Positions 53,945 to 64,000 of a stretch of 64,000 nt of DNA are shown in pieces. A program made the position numbers and the translations under genes. This DNA is from Epiperipatus broadwayi (lineage: Eukaryota; Animalia; Onychophora): positions 8,556,001 to 8,620,000 of the forward strand of contig JAQFVV010000010.1 of assembly GCA_028023455.1 (NCBI GenBank). The letters are read 5' to 3'. Under the pieces are notes generated by a model. That model made no database searches. It worked only from the letters and a program-made list of their open reading frames with translations, and was not told the origin of the DNA. Within the stretch, counting starts at the first letter, position 1. The number at the start of each line of letters is the position of its first letter.

Positions 53945-54651
53945 AGTATTAATGTGTAATAAGAAATGTGGACTGAATAGCTTCACCTATTTAAATAGAA
54001 AGTAGGTTGAAGCAAAGAAGGGATTCCCCTCTTTTTTTCCAAAGCATAAGCTTGTGGTTAAGACCTGTAGAAGTCCCTAATATTGCATTTTTACACGCAT
54101 ATGCTTGAGGTTACAGCCTTAGTAAAAATTAATTTCATAAACATCTGAGAACTTTTTAAAAAGAAATTAATGTAATAAATTATGTAGTTCTTATTTATTA
54201 AGTAAATAATTATAAAATTATTTTCTATATTATGCTGTTTTTTGACCATACGTAAGCCACTTTAATTCAAAACTAGACCGCATCTATTGACTGCATATTC
54301 TATGTCCATGACAATTGGAAAAATATAGAAAATATCAAAGCAAATGTGAACTAATCAAGATATTTGCTGATTGGAAGGTATAAATAGCAGTGCTTGGAAA
54401 AATCAGTTAGTCATTATAAAATTTTAGTGCACTCAAAAATCTAGGCAAGTTAAAATAGCCATTTTGTCTGTGCATATCATCATGATTGAGTAAATCAATG
54501 CAGTCTAGGCATTTTGCCTTAGCTTGACAATCTTATTTTTGAACTGAAAGATATAAACAACAACAAACAAGCAAGGAATTATTAGTAATTAGTACTTCAA
54601 AAATTTTTTATTTATTGCTGTAACTTTTAATGGAAACAATATGAAATTTTT

Positions 54652-54745
54652 TGTCAAGCGTTGGTGGTCGAGAGAGGTCAGCATGGTTACTATACAAGCA
54701 GTTCTCCCGGGTTAGCGGGTTCACTTCCTGGCCGATGCTATGACA
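54652..54745 (+). mobile_element. tRNA-Gly SINE, full length
   Basis: TGTCAA-GCGTTGGTGGTC...GGGTTCACTTCCTGGCCGATGC-TATGACA plus an A tail; GCGTTGGTGGT is the canonical tRNA-Gly(TCC) 5' end. Confidence 0.9.
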
Positions 54746-55303
54746 CATGAGAAAAAAATTTTTCTATGAGGCATATATAATAACTTCAAAGAAGTCACTG
54801 ATCTTTTTATTTTAATAATCATGAAACAAACTTCAATCAAATTGCTGATCATTACTTCAAATAATTATAAAACAAGTTTCATCTTCACTTCAAAAAAGTG
54901 TGAATAACTTGTTTCAATAGTATGGATTATCTCATCATGAATTATAGAAAGATAAAATTTATGTAATAAGTTTCAACTCATGTTTGTAGTCATAATATTC
55001 ACAGCTTGGATGAAATGCTAAATTTTAATTAAAATCAATGAAATTATGTGTTTGCAGATTATAATCTATTGCTTGGTTGTTTAAAATATAAAACACCTGG
55101 AACTATAAAGCAATTAAATATCTATAAACTAACATTAATAATATACTCCTAATGAAATAAGTGATAAATGCCAATAATTTGGAGATAAAGTTGCAGTGTT
55201 TTTCAAAAGATTAAATTGCTTCTCTTTTGTAAGATAAACTACAATACACTTTTGGTGTTTTAAGAAATGGATTACGAATTAAAATGCCACAATATTAAGT
55301 ATT

Positions 55304-56517
55304 CTTGTAAAAATAATATAGGCGCTATTGCACCTGAATGCAAAGCTACTTTATGCTTAAAACGAAATAAAATTATACTATTCTGCAAGCACTTTCAAGA
55401 GACATGCTCTCATCTTCATAACTCTAAGTGAATTAATTATATGCAATTATGCAAAGTTCAAGGTTAATTGCTCCATTTTCTTGAGATTGTGAAACATGTG
55501 TCCTTGTGGTTGATGGCATTGCAATTCATCATTATGAAGCAGGCCTCCTTCACTTTTCTTTTCAAATTGTGCCTTTTTTTGCAGACCAGGCTGACATCTT
55601 TAGGTTCACACTGGTGTCCTGTTATTTTTTTGATGAATTGCAAAAATTGAATAACATGATGGATCTGACTGAGCTTTAATATATGCATATTTATATTGCT
55701 GTAATCTGGTTTCTATTGCTGCCTTGGTCTCCCCATAATATGAGGCTCTACAATTTGCATGAGCGCATGCAATATTATAAATGGCTTGAGGTGTTTGAGA
55801 CATTTCAACAATAAAGTAACCAACAATACACTTGATATGCATACACACAGGCTGCTGCTGCCATACATTCCTAATTTACATAATAAATTTTATGAAATTT
55901 TTAACAGACAGTTTTAACTAACTTTTCATACCCCTCAGTTCTAACAGATTGCTTAACAACACTAAAGATAAATTAGCACTGTCTCAAATACTTCAAGCCA
56001 GTTATAATATTGCATGCACTCATGCAAATTGTAGAGCCTCATATTATGGGGAGACCAAGGCAGCAATAAAAACCAGATTAGTACAACATAAATATGCATA
56101 TATTAAAGCTCAGTCAGATCCATCACGTCATTCAATTTTTGCATTTCATCAAAATATAACAGGACACTAGTGTGGACCTCAAGATGTCAGCCTGGTCTGC
56201 AAAAAAAGGCACAATTTAAAAAGAAAAGTGAAGGAGGCCTGCTTCATAGCGATGGATTGCAACCCATCAACCGCAAGGACACATGTTTCATGATCTCAAG
56301 AAAATGGAGCAATTAATCTTGAACTTTGCATAATTGCATATAATTAATTCACTTAGAGCTATGAAGATGAGAGCACATCTCTTGAAAACGCTTTCAGAAT
56401 AGTATAATTTTATTTTGTTTTAAGTATAAAGTAGCTTTGCATTCAGGTGCAATTGCATCTATATTATTTTACAAGTATATTTTATTTTCACGCAAAGTTT
56501 CGAGTTAGATTTGAATT
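55304..56517. mobile_element. Penelope-like GIY-YIG endonuclease 3' fragments in a head-to-head inverted pair
   Basis: Arms 55304-55802 (-) and 55980-56475 (+); YNIACTHANCRASYYGETK..KTRL.QHK...H..TGH...KRKVKEA; 15-bp TSD ACAATATTAAGTATT at 55289-55303 and 56518-56532. Confidence 0.92.
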
Positions 56518-57984
56518 ACAATATTAAGTATTACAAAAGTCAGAGTTATCAGTAAATATCCTAAAATGGATTAAATATCTGTAACCAGAATTGGATGAAA
56601 TAATGAAATTTTATTAATCTTCATATTAAGTTCCAGTAAGGATTAAATTAACAAAAGAAATTTAAATTGTGCTTATAATGTAATCTTTGATGTTTTTTAT
56701 TGAGTGTTCCAATGAATTTTGAAATTGGACTATTATGCAAGTTGTGAATATTTCTATAGGCTAAATTTTAATCATTTATAATAATGGGATTATAAACTGA
56801 TGTGTTACTTAACTAAACATTATTATAAGATCTTGTTTAGTTAGAGTTATTATTAGTGGAATAAAGAAATAATCAAGTCCTCCAAATATTAATATATGAA
56901 TATACAGGTAAACAACTTTATAAATTTTATTATTTTTGATATTGCAATATATGATTTACATTGGAGTCTTATATGCTTCTCTCAGTGTATTAAGATTTTT
57001 CACTTCAACTTCTGAATTGCTCACATTAATAATTCACTTATGAAGTTCATCTGCCAAGGCAAGCAACTTTGAAGGGGGAGGTTTATTGCATGTAACATGA
57101 TCTATTATATATAAAATAACATTTAAGAATGCTAACCAGACCTGTACAGGATCTAATTTATGGCTTCCAATTTTATAAGAGCTATGTACATCTCAGAATA
57201 GAATAATTTGGTAGTGCAATTTGGAAAGAGTACTTTTATTGTTTTGCTTGTGTGAATCACTTTATGTATCACATCTATAGCCAATGCAACAATAGAAGCT
57301 AAATCATACAGTTTTTAAATTTGATACTAATATTATAGTGCAGCATTAGAAAATAAACTACTAACTACTAGATCTATTAGAGACTTATGCCTACTATTAT
57401 TAAATGACATTGAATAGTTGAATAAACAGTGCTGCCCATTCATTAAAAAAAAACTCAGTCAATGGAGCCATTTGTCTACAAAATTGGCATATGACATATT
57501 GAAGTCCTTCAACAGCAAAATAAGGTATGGAATGTTTGCAAGAATTGTATTAATTTTTAAAATTAATCAGTTAATAATAACAGGATATGGAGGAATGTAC
57601 ACAAAAATTACATTTAGAATAATTGTATTGTGATGAAATAAAATTATTATCATATGGGAGTCTATATATAATCTGTTGAATAATTTAAATTTGCATGTGT
57701 GTACAATTAAGGTACTCAATTACTGATGATGACATAGGGAAAGTTTTGAAAAGATAGGGAAATCATTATTACTAAGAAATTCAGCTGGGTCAATCTGAAA
57801 ACTACTATATGTCTTAGTTTCCAATAACCAGCTGTAAAACTTTTTCGGTGGAATTAAGTCCATTAATATTAAAAGCTCTGATATTTACTTTCATAATCAA
57901 CTTTAATAAAATTTTAATTAATACTACCATTAACCATATATAATAAATTCACTTTTTTTAATAGTCATTATGACAAACACACAA

Positions 57985-58646
57985 TAATAATTAGAACGTA
58001 AAATCCTTTTTTTGCAAGTCATGGTCTCTTTCTGGTATTGAAAGGACTCCTAGTAATCTAGTAATGACCCCATTTGAAACATTACACTGAATCGATACAC
58101 TACCTCATCTAAAATATTCTTCTACTGAATATTCTATGTCAGCTTCTACGTTCTGAGAAATTATTTTTACTTTTTTGTTTTTTTCCATTGATGAAAGTCT
58201 TTTTTTTTTTAAGTGTCATAGCATCACCTGGGACACAAACCCGCAACCTGGGCAACTGCCTGAAAGTGCAAGGCAGTCATGCTAACCTCTCAACAACCAA
58301 TGCAAAGTCTTGTGTCATTTTCTTCATTTACAGCAAAATCAGAATTCTTTTTTCTCTCATGAATTTTCCTATGAGGATATCCTAGTCCATGTTTATTATT
58401 TGACTCACTATTTATCTGAAATGGCATCGAGTAATCAAATGTTTGATTAGCATCCATTGTGTGACCCACTGTTTTGATACTTGATACAGGAAAAATAATT
58501 ACAGTATCATTTATCATTTTATTATGAGAAATTTTAGAAATCTGTACCAGCTCACAATTATTTGTGATTTCAACCATGTTTAACATTATTAAGCAAACAT
58601 CTGTTTTAGTTATATCACTTTGTAAAGCTGTAAAAAACATTTTCAT
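57985..58646 (-). pseudogene. Decayed reading frame of unknown product, interrupted by a SINE
   Basis: The 118-aa ORF 58290-58646 continues in frame (RLSSMEKNKKVKIISQNVEADIEYSVEEYFR*GSVSIQ...KKDFTF*) once the SINE and one TSD copy are removed. Confidence 0.4.
58201..58303 (-). mobile_element. tRNA-Gly SINE with poly(A) tail
   Basis: Body 58214-58303, T-run 58201-58210, 7-bp TSD AAAGTCT at 58194-58200 and 58304-58310. Confidence 0.88.
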
Positions 58647-59293
58647 TTTGTAAATTCAACATATTTATGTCCTTTCATGTTTTGCTGATTGATTTATGGC
58701 ATTAATGCATTGAAGTAGTTACTACATTATATTGTGGACACAAAAACTTGGGACAATTGTTAATGATGTGTCTACATAGCTTACATTGGAAACATTGAGG
58801 TTATAGGCCTTGAATCAATAGAAGTAACATTGCTTTGAGATTAGAATTTTTGATGGGATCATATCTTTGTTTAATTTAATTAAGTGCTATTCCCATAAAT
58901 TAGCACAGGAGTATTTTTTAAAAACACTGGTTGGAAAAATATTACAGTTCCAAATAGGGCTATTAACCTTTGGGAATCATTAATGCTGTAATTAAGCTAA
59001 GTGTTTTTACAAAGCCTGAAATAATATTCTCTCTTTCTTGATTGATTTTTACTAAAACAAACCTGCCTAGAATATGTATTGATCTATTAAATCTATTTCT
59101 TTGCCCTTCATTAAAAAATTCTAAAATAACATATGGATTTAGTAATAACTGAAACACAGGTTTATTATATACCTGTGTCTATATATATAATATAGGGTAT
59201 ATGAGCACAGACTTTCAGATGACCCATAACTCTCCACTCTATCTAATATCACTGATACACTCAAGCACATATATGCTGAAAAGATAAATAATC

Positions 59294-59337
59294 ACCAATA
59301 TACGTATTTCATGCTAAACCAGCAATCATCAGTTGGT
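59294..59337 (-). ncRNA. Minimal type I hammerhead ribozyme (F2)
   Basis: ACCAA-CTGATGA-TTGCTG-GTT-TAGCAT-GAAA-TACGTA-TA-TTGGT; palindromic ATACGTAT stem III. Confidence 0.85.
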
Positions 59338-59862
59338 CCAGATTATCATCTCCCACACATATATACTATAAGTGCTCAGATATATATTAAGATAGACAAT
59401 CTTCATACTTTAATGGACAGGCGCCAATCTACTACACCCTCCAACTCTTCAACCGTCCATCCAATTGAAAATCTGATGATGGAATGCTCAAAGGCCACCC
59501 TGAGGCCGAGATTCTTGTCACACCCATGTTGACCTAAGGTCATATATAGACACAGGTATATAATAAGTCTGTGTTTCAGTTATTACATTGTAGAGATGTC
59601 TGCCCATCCTTGCACATGTATTAAATGGATTATGTCCTGTACATGTGGGGTTTAGATTGACCTTAGGTCAACATGGGTGTGACAAGAATCTCGGCGTCAG
59701 GGTGGCCTTTGAGCATTCCATCATCAGATTTTCAATTGGATGGATGGTTGAAGAGTTGGAGGGTGTAGTAGATTGGAGCCTGTCCATTAAAGTATGAAGA
59801 TTGTCTATCTTAATATATATCTGAGCACTTATAGTATATATGTGTGGGAGATGATAATCTGG

Positions 59863-59906
59863 ACCAACTGATGATTGCTGGTTTAGCATGAAATACGTAT
59901 ATTGGT
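59863..59906 (+). ncRNA. Minimal type I hammerhead ribozyme (F2)
   Basis: Same sequence as 59294-59337; predicted UA cleavage after 59901; the first stem II pair is U-U here but G-U or G-C in other F2 copies. Confidence 0.85.
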
Positions 59907-60683
59907 GATTATTTATCTTTTCAGCATATATGTGCTTGAGTGTATCAGTGATATTAGATAGAGTGGAGAGTGATGGATCATCTGAAAGTCTGTGCTCATA
60001 TACCCTATATTACATATGGATTTAGATGATTTGCTAATCTGAAAATTGTATCAATACTACATGTTATATTTTTGAATTTCACTATATTAAAGTGCCTTCA
60101 GAAATCAGAACAAAGATCAATTTAAATCTTTATCACAAGAACAGTAGATTGTTCAGTAAAAAATCTCTTAAAAGAATAGAATATCTGATTTAGTACTGCC
60201 ATATTAAATTTGTCCTATATATATATCTTAGGCTGTCTTCAGTCCACTCTTTCTGCAAACTAACATTATTTTCATTTACTCCAGCATTAGAAATGTCTAA
60301 GACATTGTTTATTGTAGATTTATGAAATCTTGTTTGTATCATTGTTTCATTTGTATTAACATATTGTATGTTAAACTCTGGATTATTTTGATCAAATTTT
60401 CTTTGCTTGCTTCATTATGCTTGCATACATTGACTTTATATCACTACATGTGGCATTGCATGGCATCAACATCAAGGTTAGGGTGAAAGTAATCACCTAA
60501 AATTTTAATGGATTACAGTGATTATTAAACAAATCTATTGATTCAACCAATCCAAAATTTCTTATATAATATATATTCCATGTTATAACATGAGAAAACT
60601 AATTTAAACTTAGTTAAAAAACAGTTTTGAGCACTATATGCATGTAAAACTATATCATTCACCAGCTAAATGGTAAAAAAATA

Positions 60684-60930
<247 letters not shown>

Positions 60931-61966
60931 TACTATCCTCTAGTATTTAAATTTAAGATTTGTTTAAATATTATTCAACCCACTCCATTATACTGTTAAT
61001 TTCATTGCAACACTGTAGAATTACACACTATCATATTCCAAGCTCAGATTATATTTAAAGAACAAACATTAATATTTATTGGTTATTTTATAAAATTTTA
61101 AAAATTAATTACACTTGTTATTATTCTTTTATAACTTTTTTTACATTATGATATTTTATAATAAAGCAATTGTTAATTTCAATACATATATTTTGTCATT
61201 AGAAAAACCAACACCATAGCATAGATTGCATTTAAAATTTATTAAATTTTACACACCATTTGACTTTTATTATTGCTATCAGAAATACAAATTTGTAGGG
61301 TAAGGTGATTACATAAAATTTCTGTTTACATTTATCTACTCAGAATTGATGAATAAATTTTACATCAATACATTTCTTGTTTTATCTTAATGATTACAAT
61401 TGATTAATAACTCTGAGACAAACAATTATTTAATTTTATATTTCAAATTAAATGCCTATTGATTTATAATTATTTAGATCTTCAAACAAAGAGTATTATA
61501 TTAAAAAATATTTGCTTAAAATTTATTAAGAGTAGTATCATAAACATACAGAAATATTCTGAGAAATTTATTAATTTAACATTTTATATATATCATTAAT
61601 GCATCATTTTTATATATCTTCATATTCCTTCTTTTCTTCAAAAAATTTATTGGACAATTGCTGCTTTTTTCTACCAGATATGTTTGTTGCAGTTTTTAAA
61701 AGTGTATCAGTTATTTTCATAATAATTTCATTCAAATCTTAATCATGTTCAAAATCTACTAATATTTGAAACCAATTTGTAAGTTCTAATTTAAATTCAT
61801 TAGAATGTTTCTGAAGATTAGGAATATCAATTGTAAATATTGTTTTTCTTAATAATTTTTGTCTCTCTAGTTTTGCATTAACACATATCTTAATCTTACT
61901 AATTGATGATCACTTCCTGTGTTAAATTTATTAAGAACATTACAATCTTGAAATATGTACTCTCTG

Positions 61967-64000
61967 TTTTTTTTTTCTCAGTGATGAGATGTTTATTCAT
62001 CAAAAAACCCCAAAAAAAACAGATACAATGAAACAAATGAAATTTCAGGAACAAAATGGTAAGAGGGGAAAGATACATGTAAAAAGGGAATGGGAAATGG
62101 ACAGGGGAAATGGTGTGTAGTTCAGGCTGGTTAGAAAAGCACGTCTTAGAAAAAGGTAGGAATTCGGAAATTTTATGGTGAGCGACGATGAGCTGAGTTG
62201 GGAGAGATATGAGGAGTACAGTTCTTGCTTTTCCTGCCAGATTTGCACAATGATTCATTCTTGATGTCACTTGATGAACCACTGTCTGAGAAAAATTCAG
62301 CAGAGGAAGGTGAGAGAGTGCAAAGGGAGGAGGCTGACGAGGCCCGGGTTGAAGCCAGGGAATTTTTTGCTGAAAGAATTATTTTTTTCCCTTGCGCATT
62401 CTGAATGTCTGAGACTTGCCCTTGGTTCAGGAAAAGGATCCATTATAATTTTACTGGGAAGATCAAGGATGGAAATCTGCCTGTCAGAGTTGGTGTCCCT
62501 ATCTGATAGGTTAGGGCATGCATGCTTCTGATGTTTCTTGTTAGTGGCAGAAGGGCCAGAGTTGGTAGACTCAGACAGGATGATTTCTGAGTTTGAAAAA
62601 GGGTTCATTTCCATTAAGGAAAGAGGGTCTGTGAGCGAGCTGTAACTGAGAGTGGTGATCTGTGAGTGAGATCAAAATTATGTGGCCTAGCAGAAGCTGG
62701 AATCTTACTGAAAGGTGAGAGGGTGGCCGAATGCTGAAAGAATTGAATTGAAGTGAGGTGGAGGTGAGAGGTAGGCTGAAGGAAGATGTTCATATTTATT
62801 GGGGCTATGTGGAGCACAGATGTGGTTTAGGTCCTTTTCTTTCTGGCAAGAGTTGCATTAATTTTTTTGAGGGCAGTCCCTATTGAGGTGGTTGCGGTCT
62901 TTGCAGGTGAAACATTGTGGTCTCATCCCCTTAATTGAGATGACCAAAGGTGCTAGTTCAGCTGCTATTGTTGTGGGAATGCTTTCAGGAGAAAGACCTT
63001 TTTTGAGGATGAACTGAAATAAGGCTGTGTTGGTGAAGGTGAGACCATTGGTGAGAGGATCCCTAAGGTACTCAAATGAGGTAACTTGTCCAAATGCCTC
63101 GAGATATTTCTGTAGGTGCTGCCTCTGCATACCTATATGGCAGTCTCTGATAAAATCCTTAAGTATGGATGGTCTGTTGGTGTCTATTGGAACCATGAAC
63201 ATATTGTTTAAAAATTTGAATCTGTTTTTGAAGGCTTGTCTTTGTATTGTGTTGTGAAACTCTAATGCCATGTATCGGTCATTAGGAAGGGTGAGGATTT
63301 TATGTATATTATCAGTTAGATTGTGGAGTTTGATAAGGTCAGAGCTGGTGTGTTGGAAATTTATGGAGTCCACATTGTAGATCTGTAACCACCAGAATGA
63401 CAGAACTGTCACTCTGGTAGCAATGAAGTGACTTGAGGAGGAGTGGTGGAACTGTTTGGTTAAATTGTTTTGAGATCACCATGTGATTCTCTGGTGTGAG
63501 TTTAGTAGGAATGAAGATTTCAGAGGTGGCTGAATCATGATTGTTTGGATTGTCCTCATCAAGGTGCCACAGATTTTGAAGGAGCTCTGCTTGGGATGTT
63601 TGTGTTGTGGTTCTATTAGGATTTTTTGGTAAGAAGCTGGATGCAGCCTGAGCATAGGAATTAGCAAAGACTTGCTGTGGTGATGGATTTTTTATAAGGG
63701 ATTGCTTTATAGTGTGACTGATAATAGTGGGAGTAGTATTGGCAGACTTGGTTGCACTCATAGATTGAGATGGGGAATTATGAGTAGCATCATCTTTGGA
63801 GTAGTTATTGTGTGTTAGATTTTTAGAGAAATCAGAGTTGGCTGAGGTTTCTGTATTAAACTTAGGTGTAGCAGGCTGTTTTTACCCTTTGTAGTAGAGG
63901 AGTTTTTAATGTTCCCAGTTTTGCTTGGAGCAACATTATGATTGGTGAGATTACTTTTTTGGAATTGCTTCTTGCCTTTGATGGGGCAAGCCTCACCCTG
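61967..64000 (-). mobile_element. ORF1-only polyadenylated non-LTR retroelement (L1/Tx1-like gag; HAL1-like); 5' end lies beyond the window
   Basis: GC-richer, strand-asymmetric segment; gag-like frames; AATAAA at 61992-61997 (-) 15 nt before A10 (61967-61976); no endonuclease or RT motif seen in the ~890 bp after the knuckle. Confidence 0.75.
62297..63761 (-). pseudogene. Frameshifted gag-like ORF1 with CCHC zinc knuckle
   Basis: SYAQAAS motif (ORF 63339-63761); FGQV...IP...GMRPQCFTCKDRNHLNRDC (C-x2-C-x4-H-x4-C) in ORF 62858-63412; low-complexity tail to 62297. Confidence 0.8.

Larger units (their letters stand above)
59143..60011. mobile_element. Family F2 head-to-head double insertion (~470-nt monomer)
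   Basis: Minus copy 59143-59541; plus copy 59542-60011 is one permuted monomer; 14-bp TSD ACATATGGATTTAG at 59129-59142 and 60012-60025. Confidence 0.93.

Noticed and set aside
56355-56400. Hammerhead at the 3' end of the GIY-YIG arms (also ~55380-55425)
   Set aside because: Stem II and GAAA-like parts are visible, but the core reads ATGAAGA and stem I is absent in both arms.
59474-59510. Second, opposite-polarity hammerhead in F2 (CTGATGATGGAATGCTCAAAG; also 53026 and 52365)
   Set aside because: There is no GAAA and no convincing stems I or III, so an ambisense viroid-like design is not supported.
59311-59889. Duplicated 73-aa ORFs as an F2-encoded protein
   Set aside because: They lie antisense to the ribozyme, have no recognisable motif, and are not listed as ORFs for the 52-53 kb copies; the duplication reflects the palindrome.

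Overview
This is a very AT-rich, CpG-depleted eukaryotic (probably invertebrate animal) window made almost entirely of repeats and transposon relics. No intact host protein-coding gene can be supported. The main signal is at least three sequence-distinct families (F1-F3) of non-coding units of about 430-475 nt. Each unit carries one minimal type I hammerhead ribozyme with a very short, palindromic or near-palindromic stem III. The copies are circularly permuted relative to each other. Many are integrated as head-to-head inverted pairs, and many are flanked by 11-16 bp target-site duplications (TSDs). A Penelope-like (PLE) GIY-YIG endonuclease fragment at 55.3-56.5 kb has the same geometry, which points to PLE enzymes as the mobiliser of retrozyme-like or solo-pLTR RNA circles. 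Also present are a full-length decayed LINE with PHD and esterase ORF1 relics inserted into a fourth palindromic family, RTE LINE fragments, a tRNA-Gly(TCC)-derived short SINE family, mariner, hAT and Ty3/gypsy relics, an ORF1-only (HAL1-like) polyadenylated retroelement at the right edge, a CpG-retaining promoter-like zone at about 12.7-16.1 kb, and microsatellites. All alignments and counts were done by eye, so boundaries of decayed elements are approximate.
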